DNA from: Octopus sinensis
Lineage: Eukaryota
Direction of reading: 5' to 3'
Assembly: GCF_006345805.1 (NCBI RefSeq)
Contig: NC_043003.1
Location: forward strand, 66,588,001-66,652,000
Length of the DNA stretch: 64,000 bases
Of this stretch, positions 12,917 to 27,452 are shown in pieces. The position numbers were made by a program, and so were the translations under genes. Every line of letters starts with the position of its first letter. Position 1 is the first letter of the stretch. The notes under the pieces were generated by a model that worked only from the letters and a program-made list of their open reading frames with translations, made no database searches and had not been told where the DNA came from.

Positions 12917-13480
12917 TTCTTTTCTACTTTAGGTACGAGGCCCGAAATTTTGGGGAGGGGGCCAGTCGATTAGATCGACCCCAGTATACAATTGGTGCTT
13001 AGTTTATCGACGCCGAAAGGATAAAAGGGAAAGTCGACCTTGGCGGAATTTGAACTCAGAATGTAAAGACAGACAAAATACCTATTTCTTTACTACCCAC
13101 AAGGGGCTAAACATAGAGAGGACAAACAAGGACAGACAAACGGATTAAGTCGATTATATCAACCCCAGTGCGTAACAGGTACTTATTTAATCGACCCCGA
13201 AAGGATGAAAGGCAAAGTCGACCTCGGCGGAATTTGAACTCAGAACGTAGCGGCAGACGAAATACCTATTTCTCTACAAGGGGCTAAACACAGAGAGGAC
13301 AGACAAACGGATTAGGTCGAGTATATCGACCCCAGTACGTAACTGGTACTTATTTAATCGACTCCGAAAGGATGAAAGGCAAAGTCGAACTCGGCGGAAT
13401 TCGAACTCAGAACGTAGCGGCAGACGAAAAACCGCTCAGCATTTCGCCCGGCGTCCTAACGTTTCTGCCAGCTCGCCGCC
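12917..13480 (-). mobile_element. Family A SINE trimer
   Basis: One A-box head followed by three B-box/central-domain units; more family A copies lie alongside at 12620-12830 and 13490-13640. Confidence 0.85.
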
Positions 13481-13809
13481 TTAGAAATATTCCTTTCTAC
13501 TCTAGGCGCAAGGCCCGAAATTTTGGGGGAGGGGGTCAACCGATGAGATCGACCTCAGTACGCTACTGGTACTTAATTTATCAACCCTGACAGGCTGAAA
13601 AGCAAAGTCGACCCTGGCAGAATTTGAACTCAGAACGTACAGTGTCGGAAAAATGCCGTTATCGCAGCACAAAATCCTTCTCTTTCCTTTCGCCGCTGTT
13701 TCACGTACATGTTTATCTATCTGTGTATAAGCGATATTTTCTTTTATGAAGATGTCAATATTTCTTTATTTTCCAGACACATAAATTATTTATATGTATA
13801 TATACAAAT

Positions 13810-14070
13810 AAGGGCGCATGGCCAAATATTTGAAGCGCTACATTAGCAATCGCGAGATCGCGGTTTCAATTCCTGGATCGGTTGGTGCGTTGTGTTCTTT
13901 AGCAAAGACTCTTCTTCTCACGTTGCCCTGCAATCACTTCGGCACCTGACGCGTGGTACACCGTGCACCTGTTCAGGTAACGTCGATTTGACGGAGGGAT
14001 TTAGCCAGTGCACAGCACAAACATTCAGTCACTATAAACCTATTTGTATGAGTTGTCCAGCGATAGATTG
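13810..14070 (+). mobile_element. tRNA-derived CORE-like SINE
   Basis: GGGCGCATGGCC...GGTTTCAATTCC head, then TTGTGTTCTTTAGCAAAG (CORE-like) and a tail shared with 7735-7915. Confidence 0.6.
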
Positions 14071-14244
14071 CAGAACCATACTCAACTGGTACTTAATTTA
14101 TCGACTCCGAAAGGGTGAAAAGCAAAGTCGACCTCGGCGGAATTTGAACTCAGAACGTAGCAACGGACGAAATACTGCTAAGCATTTCGTCCAGCGTGCT
14201 AACGATTCTGCCAGCTCACCGCCTTTCGCCGTCTTAATAATAAT

Positions 14245-14610
14245 AAAAAGAGCACTCATAGAGCGCAAACCTCCGCCAAGGCAACACCAACGTTCTCTCA
14301 ACATTAGCCGGAGATGATTTTTAAAATGAGAATATCTAAAATACATTCGATTGCTTTCACAAACGAGAATACTAAAAATGAACCCGACCGCTCTCAAAAA
14401 TAAAGTAAAAAAAAAAAACGGAAAAATAATCCAGAATTCAAGTCTTGTACCAGATCGATTCCCAAACCTAATCAATTTGTGCCAGTCACGAGGCTAAACA
14501 TCCTTGAAAATTTCATTCGAATTCATCTAGCGGTTCTTGAGATATCCTGTCCACGGATAAACAATTACAACTGAAAACAATACCTCCGCCTTCGCTAAGG
14601 TGGAGCTAAT
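14245..14610 (+). mobile_element. Helentron-associated (HINE/DINE-1-like) non-autonomous element
   Basis: Subterminal ACCTCCGCC at about 14269, a 3' hairpin ACCTCCGCC-TTCGCTAA-GGTGGAG at 14582-14605, and an internal AAAATTTCATTCGAATTCATC core-like motif. Confidence 0.5.
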
Positions 14611-14629
14611 AATATCTAATTATAAATAT

Positions 14630-14750
14630 ACAATGGGATTTTTTAAAACACCCGAATGGCTAATAGGGTCCAGTAAATCAAAATAGGAATTGAAATGATG
14701 CAAAAACGGAATTAAAATGCCTACAAGCAAAGGATTGTTGAGAACCACTG
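14630..14750 (+). mobile_element. hAT (Charlie-like) MITE, right end
   Basis: Ends GTTGAGAACCACTG, the reverse complement of the CAGTGGTTCTCAAC hAT TIR. Its body resembles 16660-16730. Confidence 0.5.
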
Positions 14751-15049
14751 CATTAGAACGTCAGAACCCATGTATTTCTCTCACACCACCAACTATATGT
14801 CTTGCGATCGCCTCGACACTCACCAATTCTCTCTTCATTTGTGTTCTGGCGGCAGAATTCAAGATTCGGTATCTGCGCCAGTACCTTTCGTCTTAAAAAT
14901 ATTCCTGAGACGCACGTGCGGCTCTTGGAAAGGCAAGTGAAGCAACAGTTATATTCTTTCACACATCGAACAGAGCTTTCACTAACTCCTTCTTAGAAAG
15001 AATTAACCGGTCGTTTTAATTTTTGATTTTCTAGTTATTTCTCTCATTA

Positions 15050-15446
15050 GACTGAAGCCATGCTGGGGCACCACCTTGAAAGGTTTAGTCGAAAGAATGG
15101 ACCCCAGTGTTTTTTTTGTTTTTCTAAAGTTCGGTACTTATTCTATTGGTCACTTGCCGAACTGCTATCTTACGAGGACGTAAACACACCGACACCGCTT
15201 GTTAAACTGTGAGAGGGGATGGCGGTCAAACACAGACACACATATATATGTGTGTATGTATATATGTGTGTGTGTGTGTATGCGACGGTCTTGTTCCAGT
15301 TTTCGTTTATGAAACCCACTCACAAGGATTTGGTCGGCCCGAGGTTATAATAGAAGACACTTGCCGAAGGTGCCACGCAATGTGACTGAACCCGAAACCA
15401 TATAGTTGGGAAGCAAACTTTTGACCACACTGCCATGCCTACGCCT
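15050..15446 (-). mobile_element. Family B CORE-SINE, full length
   Basis: Both halves plus the internal (TG)n in reverse orientation. Confidence 0.85.
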
Positions 15447-15784
15447 ATATTTCAAAATGATTTGGATGATGTTTATTTACGTTTTAGAGGTTATTGTTGC
15501 AACCATTCTGGCGAGCACCACTTCCTACTATCTTTGAAACGGCCTTTTTTGTAACCCATGAAAATATTGCATATGGCTGTTTTCCAATAGCCTATAATTG
15601 AAATTGTATAAAGATATATATTTTTTCTGCCCTAAGTAATATATTATCAAATACTCTGAGAGCTTTCTGTTAGCAAAACTGAAATTTATTTTTCTTGGGA
15701 AATCGAATTAAAAATTATTTTACACAGAGTTCTGTTGTAGATGTCTGTTCGGTTCAACGTGCAATATTGATTATAATTGGTTAG

Positions 15785-16200
15785 AAATTTGGGAATGAGG
15801 CCAGCTATTTCGAGGGAGGAACTAAGCCAATTACTCTCGACTTCAACTGGTACTTATTTTATCGACCCCGAAAGGATGAAAGGCGAAGAAAATCGCGATA
15901 GTATTTGAACTCACAACGCAATGACGGACAAAATGCCACTAAGCGTTTTCTCCAGCGTGCCAACGATCCTGCCACCACACCGCTTTAGCATGCAATGAAA
16001 TAATGGTTTCAAATTTTGCCAGAAGGGCAACAATTTTGAGGGGAGGGAATGAATCGATTACATCGACCCCCAGTGTTCAACTGGTACTTATTTTATCGGC
16101 CCCGAAAAGATGAAAGGCAAAGTCGACTTCGGTGGAATTTGAACTTAGAACGTAAAGACGAGAAAATACCGATAGGCATTTCACCCGGCGTGCTACCTCG
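15785..16200 (-). mobile_element. Two family A SINE monomers in tandem
   Basis: Central domain CTGGTACTTATTTTATCG...GATGAAAGGC seen twice on the plus reading, i.e. minus-strand copies. Confidence 0.75.
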
Positions 16201-16509
16201 TCGCTTTAGTATGCAAGGAATTAATACAATGCATACTTGACACAGGATGCTGTGCAGCATCTAAAACCAACTCATTCTGCACAGCCACTGATCAAGAATA
16301 TAACATAACCGGAACTACACATATTTTTCACAAACACCACACAACACTACAACGTGTACCACACCTCACACAGCATGTACAAACCAGAAACGCCACCCAA
16401 CAAAATAACAGTTCACGTTACACATGTTCTTTACGACAAATAAACCAAACACTAAAACACCTTTCAACCTTCAAACTGCCACACTTTGGACAACCCCTAT
16501 GGGTTATAT

Positions 16510-16745
16510 CAATGGTTCTCATGCGGTATTTGTATGGCCCTTATAGGTCCATGGAAGATTTTGTGGTTAAAATTTATCTGCAAGATAATTAGAGAATGCA
16601 TAAAATTTTTTAATACTTTTTAGATAAATTCCTAATAATATTTAATTCTGAAAATATTTTATGATTTTAAACCCCAAATGGCTATGGGTGTCCAATCCAG
16701 TTAAATTAGAATCAAAGGGGTTCAAAAGTGTAAGAAGTACTGGGT
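16510..16745 (+). mobile_element. hAT-like MITE with eroded right end
   Basis: Begins CAATGGTTCTCA (variant of the CAGTGGTTCTCA TIR) followed by GGTCCATGGAAGATTTT. Confidence 0.4.
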
Positions 16746-16904
16746 AATAAGGACAAGAAAACAAAATAACACAAGTTAAGATATCAGAAGGGCTTCGAGC
16801 ACTTGAATGATTATTGAAAGCTTGTGGAAAGCTAAGGTTACAGATAGTAACCCACCACCCACATAAATTCTACCGGGAGAATGACCAAATCAGAGTCTAG
16901 TCGA

Positions 16905-17335
16905 ATCATTTCTTTTATTTGCCACAGAAGCAACAAATGAGGGTGCACAGAGGCAGTGTATAATTTGAGTTGGGTTTTACATAGAATATAGAAGAAAGGT
17001 AAAAGAAGGTGAAATGAAATAAAAGCGTACATCGTATGCGAAACATGTGAATGTAATTATGATGGAATCCCGTTATAGGAGAAATGTCAATTCAGGCCAG
17101 TCAAGATCTAGAGTCACTCTGACCACTAAAAGAACAAGCCCTCACTTTACTTCGTTCTCCAATCTACATGCACATGGCTAGAGTAGATCCATTCATCTGA
17201 ACCATTTTTTCCACAATCACTCACCTTTTCACAAATTCACTGGGAGACAGCACTTCATTCTCCACCTTCACATTCTTTTCCAAGTAGAACCAAAAAATCT
17301 GGATGAGGGCTTGACAGAAGAGGAAGGTGTCTAAT
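16905..17335 (-). mobile_element. L1/Tx1-like LINE 3' end (degenerate)
   Basis: Minus-strand translation FYLEKNVKVENEVLSPSEFVKR*VIVEKMVQMNGSTLAMCM*, then a 3' UTR ending in AATAAAAG. The clade call is from recalled similarity only. Confidence 0.4.
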
Positions 17336-17369
17336 ATAATTTTTATATGGGTTAATTCTCACTGCTCCG

Positions 17370-17570
17370 TTAGGAACATAGGACTGGTTTACCGGTTTCT
17401 CTAGCCTATGTATTCCTCCCTGGACGGGACGCCGGTTTACTCTTTTCTACCAGCTGAGTAGACCGGAGCAACGCAAATCTTAACAACACAACACATCACC
17501 CGGTCCAGGATCGAAACCACAATCTTACGATCATGAGTTCATAATCCCTAACCACTAAGTCATGCGCCTC
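17370..17570 (-). mobile_element. tRNA-derived SINE with RTE-like 3' tail
   Basis: Head GAGGCGCATGACTTAGTGGTTAGGG...TTTCGATCC; tail CGTCCCGTCCAGGGAGG...GAAACCGGTAAACCAG shared with 59385-59470. Confidence 0.6.
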
Positions 17571-17678
17571 AACGCTTAAAAATAATATATGTACATATAT
17601 ATGTATGTATATACATATACATGTATATATTTATATATATATGTGTGTATATATATATATATATTATATATATATATG

Positions 17679-17716
<38 letters not shown>

Positions 17717-17774
17717 TATATATATATTATATATATATATATATATGCATGTATGTTTGTGTATATATATATAT

Positions 17775-18043
17775 ATATTCTGTTGTGCCTGGGGAGAGTC
17801 ATTCTCTTTTGGTGCCCTTATAATTTAATACACTCACTGGTAAAATTTCCACTCATTTACTTATTCATTCTTCTAAAATTTACGATGCGTCTTGCAACTT
17901 TTTCAACAACTATCGCAAAGGTTGCAAGACAACGAAAATTTTCGAAAAATGAATAAGTAAATGAGTAGAAATTTTACCGGTGTGTGTATGTTAAATCATA
18001 AGGCACTAAAAGCGAATGACCCTCCCCAGGCACAACAGAATAT
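17775..18043. mobile_element. Foldback (near-perfect palindrome) element inserted in (TA)n
   Basis: Left arm ATATTCTGTTGTGCCTGGGGAG...GTCTTGCAAC pairs with right arm GTTGCAAGAC...CTCCCCAGGCACAACAGAATAT around a loop of about 14-20 nt. Confidence 0.85.
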
Positions 18044-18118
18044 GCTTCAACACATGAACTCACATAAAGAAGCTTGCAAACCAAATAGCAAAACGAATAT
18101 ATATATATATATATGTAC

Positions 18119-18149
<31 letters not shown>

Positions 18150-18349
18150 ATATATATATAATATATATATACATATATATCAGGATTATTTTCCTTATCA
18201 TGTTTTAAAAGTTTTATCAGATTTTCATTGTATCATGGTAACAATAATATCAGCAATGATAATAATGAAAATAATTGTGATTAAATCGATCATTATGGTG
18301 ACGAATACACGTGTACAAACAACAAAATATAAATGGGAGAAAAAATGAC

Positions 18350-20764
<2,415 letters not shown>

Positions 20765-21615
20765 CACGATTTTGAAAGTGGCTCTTGGTCCCTCAGCATA
20801 ACTATGAGAAAGTCGGCTGGAGAAACCTTGCGAAAATCCTCTTCCAATTGCACTCGCTACTGGTGCTACATACGAAGAGATGCCAGGAAATATCTTCGCG
20901 ATAATTATAAAATGTTGAGAGCAAATCTTGGAGTTGAAAGTAGTCCATTCTGGTTTATGGGTTTTGGCATCCGGCTCTTCGGGTTATCGGTTCAAGATTA
21001 TCATCAATATATATATCCCCCAAAATGTATTGGTAGCAAATAAGTTATTTCTAGAGCTTAAAAAAATCACTGGGGTTGTGTTTGTGTGTGTGTATGTATG
21101 TGCGTGTGTATGTATGTGTGCGTGTATGTATGTGTGTGTGTGTATGGGTGTGTTTTTTTTTTTTTTTTCAATAACTTTATTGTCAAAATCAAACATGTAT
21201 ATATATTACAATAAAGAAAAAGTCATACCCTAAATGTTGGAACTGTGTTACTTTAATGTGTGTGTGAGTGTCTGTGTGTGTGTGTGTCTGTGTCTGTGTG
21301 TGTGTGTCTGTGTGTGTGTCGGAATGGGATTTTACGAGTCCAACTATTTCGCTTCGCGATTAAACCAAACGTCAAACAGAAATAGCAAATATCTGTGTAT
21401 TTTCTTAAATACTAATTTAAATTTATTGTTATCCTTATAATGTTATTGGTTGACGGCTTTTTCCGTTTTATATAATAATACTAATAATATGGCAATACTT
21501 AAAAAAATATTTAATATATAAATTCTGTATTGAACAAGCGACAAACGTCTATACACAAGGATTAACAATATCGATTAAATAATAATTATACACTTGTAAG
21601 TTCCGTAACGTTATA

Positions 21616-21670
<55 letters not shown>

Positions 21671-21730
21671 AATCTATATAAAGTATCAATCAGGAGACAT
21701 ACCTGAATTAATTTTGTGTGTGTGTGTGTG

Positions 21731-21799
21731 TACGTGTGTGTGTGTGTGTGTGTGGTGTACGTGTGTGTGTGTGTGTACGTGTGTGTGTGTGTGTACGTG
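21731..21799. repeat. (TG)n microsatellite with four TACGTG interruptions
   Basis: TACGTG at 21731, 21758, 21776 and 21794. Confidence 0.9.
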
Positions 21800-22406
21800 T
21801 GTGTGAAGAAAAATTATTATAAAATTAAATCATAATGAATCAATAAGATCAACAAATCTTTATTTTTTTCTTTCGTTGTTGTTCTTGTTTTTTATATTGT
21901 TGATTTTTTTTTCTCTCTCGATTTTGTAAATAATCCCGTTAATATGATATATGTACATCCGTGTGTGTTTGTGCGTGAGTGCATGCGTGCGTATGTTGTG
22001 TGTGTGTGTGTGCGTATTTGTTAGTGAGTGTGTATGTGTGTGTCTGTCTGTATGTTAGTGTGTGTGTGTGTGTGTGTGTATAAGTAAATCCTGTACGGAA
22101 AATACTCACGTGTAAATCTTGAATTAAAACCACGAATTGCAAATGGTAACAAAATATAAATAGACAATAAATAGATAATTAAATGAAAATAATAATAATA
22201 TAATCCTTATAGGGGTTGGATTATCCTCTTCTTTGGAATGGATTATGATTACAATTATTGTTGTGTGTTTTAGTAGTATATTTGTACTGTTGCAGTTGTT
22301 AGGTCGACTTACGATGAACACAAGTTTTGTTTGTTGTTTAACAAACTGCTACGTCCGTTATGAATCGTCTTGGTATCCTTCTGTGTGCATATGTATGTAT
22401 ATATGC

Positions 22407-22443
<37 letters not shown>

Positions 22444-23009
22444 ACAAGTGTATGTGTAAGCGTGTGTCTTCTCTTAAGCTGTGAGTGAAAAATCAATTTC
22501 AAGTTCCGATGAAGTTATATATTTAATTAATATTTTTTCCAGATTAAGTTTTTAAAATTTTTTTCTCCGTAAAAAAATATCCGGGATTTCCATGAATAAG
22601 TTGAAATTAATAAACAAGTGAACGTATGATCCAATCAGAGAACTGTTATTAAATGATCAAATCAAAGCCGTAGATATTTGATATTTAGATAAGAAATACA
22701 AAACATTCGCCGAAACGATCGTGGAAAGGTTGTATTATATATATGTTATATATAATTATTGTTGTTGCACGAACTCCAGGTTTGTAAACATTTGAAAAAT
22801 GTTCTTGTCAATAGTGGAAACATTTGCTACTACTGAGGTGAGAGTGAGAGAAAAGCGTGTAGAATGTATGTTTGTAAGTGTGGGTTTATAAATGTTGATG
22901 TGTTTATATGTGGTGTGTATAACGCGTTGTGTGTGTTAGGTTGTCTTGACCATGTTTATCATCATAAAACGTGGACTACGGCAAGTTTTTCATGGAAACG
23001 GGTGAGGAA

Positions 23010-23060
<51 letters not shown>

Positions 23061-25374
23061 TGTGTGTGTGTCGTGATGATGGTGTAGGGTCGAGAAAGCG
23101 TCTAATGGTTTTGCTTATGTAAAAACATGTGAGTGACAGGTTAGACGTATACATACACACATGTATATATATGATGTGGGTGTTTGTCACTTATCTTTCT
23201 ATTAAGTCAACGATGTTTATTCGTGTTTGTTTGTGTGTGTCTGTACGTGTGTATGTGTGTGTTCCTTGGCGTTTCAAGATACAAAAAAATATTATCAATT
23301 ATTGCAATTAATAATAAAAGGAAAAAAATATATAAGTAGATAGATAATAATAAAAAAATAATAAAACTACAAACTTCTTCCTGTATGAAAATAACTCTAG
23401 CTGTATGGTAAATATATATCGTATTATATAGAATTCTATTTTCTTTTCTGTTTGTTTTCCGTTCAATTAATATCAAGAAGAAAAATAATGATAGATAAAT
23501 AATTATATATGTTCTTAAGGACGGTTTTAAAGGTATCTTTGTGTATATATATATATATGTGTATATATGTTTAATCCCAGATTTTACCTTTCCTTCTCGA
23601 AAACACGCGTGTTATGTGCTGCAGTGTTATGTTTGGCTTTTGTTGTTGTTCTTTTTTTTCTTCTTCTTGTGATTGTTATGTGTATGTTTGTTAGTTTGTT
23701 TGTGGGTTTTGTATTATATCACAGTTTCTTTACACGTTTGGTATAGAATATAGCGAAGCGTCTGTTTGGTATTTTAAGTTCCCAGTTAAACATAGAAAAA
23801 TCTTTAAAAAGAATCAGCAGCGACGACTACGACGACGGCGGCGACTGCAATATCAACAACAGTATCATTGATATCAACATCATGACGAACAGAATTCACT
23901 AACATATCCGTAACACCAACACGAACATTACTATTATTATTATTATTATTATTGTTATTGTTATTATTATTATTATTATTATTGTTAAAACGGCCAAACA
24001 TATCACCAGAGCGGTACCGCGAGAATATAGGAGATTCCTTGTCTAACATTTTTGCACACAAATATAATGAAATGAAATGGCAAGATGTGCAGCAAGAAGT
24101 TGTGTGTAGTGTGCCCACAGTCAGGTTATGTTAAATCGCTTCAGCACAACGTGTGGCGGTGATGGAGGGCGATGATGGCGGCGAAGGTGATGGTGTGTTC
24201 GTTTCGTTGGCTGGTTGGTTGGTTGGTTGGTTGGCCGATCGGCTGGCTGGCAGGCAGGCTGGCTGGCTGTTTCGTTATTTAAGCTGGTTGTATGTATGTA
24301 TGTATGTATGTATAGGTGGATGGATAGATAGACAGACGGGTGAATGGATGGATGGATGAATGGGGTGGGTGGGTGGATAGATGGAAGAAGAAAAAAAAGA
24401 AAAAGAAAATGTGAAGAAGCGGAGAAGTAAGACAGACCTTGCAAAATTAAGAGGCAATGCGCCTCTCTCGTTTTCAGTATGTAAAATACGAGTGTTTGTA
24501 TGATGGGCTTTGCACTGCGTAAGAGAAGAGAAGAGAAGATAAGGGAGTAGGAGATATTTGAGTTAAAGAAAGAAAAGAAAAGAAAAGAGAAAGAAAGAAA
24601 GACAGAGGTAGTGATTGGGTAAAAGTTAGTTTTGTTGTTGTTATTACTGTTGTATGTAAGACGATGTGGGTGGAGAGACGGAGAGTAGTTAGGTTAGCTT
24701 ATAAAGAGACCCCGAGATGTGAGCTTTGTAGAAAAGAAGAGAAAAGCGTGTGACGAGAGAATAGATGAATAAACGAATAAAAGAATGAATCAACGAACGA
24801 ATGAACGCGCAAACTGATGGCTGGACGACATGGTGTGAGTGATTGTGTGTCTGTGTGTGTGTGTGTGTGTGTGGAGTTATGAATGGATGAATGGATGGAT
24901 GGCTGGATGGGTGAATGGATGGAAGGAAGGAAGTACGGTTTGGCGAACGAATGAAATTTTGTGTCACAGTAGAAGCATGGGGACGTAGGGGAAAGGGAGG
25001 AGAATGTGGCAGGAAGAATGAGAGTAAGAAGGGAAGACATATAGTTAGAGGAAATGGTGGTGGTGGTGGTGGTGGTGGCGAAGGGACGGTAGCGGCCCCA
25101 ACCGTCCTCACTCGTAATGTGCGCGCACACACGCACACCGAATTGAGGAACGATAAAGTTGAATTAAAGGGAGACGGAAAAACATGTAAATAAATAGCGA
25201 GGAGAACTTCACTCACGCACGCGCGTGCGCGGGCGCACACACGCGCACACACGCGCACACGCGTATGTATATGCGAGTATATATATGTACACATAGGAGT
25301 GTCCATGATTATATATGGGTTTGTATGTAATGTATATGTGCGGATACGTACATACATGCATATACACGCGCGTG

Positions 25375-26471
25375 TATGGTAAGACGTTTGCTTCTCAACC
25401 ACATGGTTCCGGGTTCAGTCCCACTGCGTGGCACCTTGGGCGAGTGTCTTCAATTATAACCTCTAGCTGACCAAAGCCTTGTGAGTAGATTTCATAGACG
25501 GAAACTGAAAGAAGCCTGTCATGTATGTGCGCGGGAATATGCGTATATGTGCGTGTGTGCGTTTGCGTGCATGTATGTGTGTGTGTGTGTGTCTTTATGT
25601 TGGTGTATGTCCCTCACCACCGGTTGACAACTGGTGATGGCTTGTTTGCGTCCCTGTAATGTAACGGTTCGGCAAATATAACCGATAGAATAAGTACTCT
25701 TTACTCTTTTACTCTTTTACTTGTTTCAGTTCTTTGACTGCGGCCATGCTTGAGCACCGCCTTTAGTCGAGCAAATCGACTCCAGGACTTATTCTTTATA
25801 AGCCCAGTACTTATTCTATCGGCCTCTTTTGCCGAACCGCTAGAGGACAGCATCGGTTGTCAAGCAATGCTAGGGGGACAAACACAGACACACAAACATG
25901 CACACACATATATATATATACATATATACAACGGGCTTCTTTCAGTTTCCGTCTACCAAATCCACTCACAAGGCTATGGTCGGCCCGCGGCTATAGTAGA
26001 AGACACTTGCCCAAGATGCCACGCAGTGGGACTGAACCCGGAACCATGTGGTTGGTAAGCAAGCTACTTACCACACAGCCACTCCTGCGCTTTATAGAAA
26101 TAGTACCGAGCTTTATAGAAATAGTTGCTGGAATCGTTCGATCAGAATTCTTCAAGGCGGTGCTCCAGCATGGCAACAGTTTCATGAATAAAACAAGTAA
26201 ATAATGTATTATGTATGTGTATGTCTTTGTGTTAGTGTTTGTCCCTCCCACCCCACGACCGGTTGACAACCGATGATGGTTTGTTTACATCCCTGTAAAG
26301 TAACTGTTCTGCAAAATGTGATCGACATAATGAAACACCGAGCTTTATAAAATTAATTACTGGGATCGATTTGTTCGACTAAAAATGTTTCAAGATGGTG
26401 CTCCAGAATGGTCGCAATCTAACGACAGGAACAAGTAAAATATATATGCGTGTACGTGGGTGCGTGTTTGT

Positions 26472-26536
<65 letters not shown>

Positions 26537-26918
26537 TATCTTAGGTTCAGGCATGGCTGTGAAGTTAAAAAAGCTTGCTTTGTAACCACATAGTTAAAGG
26601 TTCGATCCCATTGCGTGGCATCTTGGGCAAGTGTTTTCGACTATAGCCCTGGGCCGAATAATGCTATGCGAGTGAATATGCTGGGTGGAAACAGTGTAGA
26701 AGCCTGTTATATATGTTTGTGCATGTGTGTGTTCTGCCTCCACAACTTGATAACCGGTGATGGTTAGTTTGCGCCCCTGCAAGTTAGCGGTTCAGCAAAA
26801 ACCACCGATTGAATAAGCAAGGAACTTCAAAAACCTTAAGTACGACTAATCCTCTCAAGGCAGTGCCCCAGCATGGTCATACTCTAGTGACTGAGCAATT
26901 GGATAAATCCACACACCT

Positions 26919-26955
<37 letters not shown>

Positions 26956-27305
26956 TATATATGCTATATATATATATATATATATATTGCATATATATAT
27001 CTTTTTCTCTTTTCTCTTTTCCTTGCTTCAGTCATGCTGGAGAAAATCGACCTCAGGACTTATTCGTTGTAAGCCTAGTATTATTCTATCGATCTCTTTT
27101 TTGCCGAAACACTAAGTTATGGGGACGTAAACACACATGCATTGGTTGTCCAGCGATGCTGTTGGGACAAACACAGACACACAAACATATCCACACACAT
27201 ACATATACATACATATATACGAAAGGCTTCTTTCAGTTTCCGTCTACCAAATCCACTCACAAGGCTTTGGTCGGCCGAGACTATAGTAGAAGACATCTGG
27301 GCAAG
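25375..27305. mobile_element. Cluster of about five family B CORE-SINE copies in alternating orientation
   Basis: Plus copy 25375-25700, minus copy 25700-26090, 3'-half fragments 26130-26440, plus copy 26545-26900, minus copy 27020-27305. Confidence 0.8.
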
Positions 27306-27452
27306 TATATTAAGTAATTATATATATACACATATATAGGTTATATATATATTATATATATATATATATATTATATATTATATATATAATTATATATATA
27401 TATATATATATGATAATCTCAGAGCTAGTTATAGCCGTAGCTGCAACACATC

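Noticed and set aside
12180-14996. Unique-looking stretches (12180-12420, ORFs 14753-14996) as HS3ST exon 2
   Set aside because: Minus-strand translations lack the EKTP, RDP..R and KGR motifs and contain stops.
20765-20767. GTG start of the ORF track for HS3ST
   Set aside because: The next codon is ATG (20764), the normal eukaryotic start.
26089-26125. 16-bp direct repeat GCTTTATAGAAATAGT
   Set aside because: Only 5 bp separate the copies; it is a simple local duplication at a SINE boundary with no element between.
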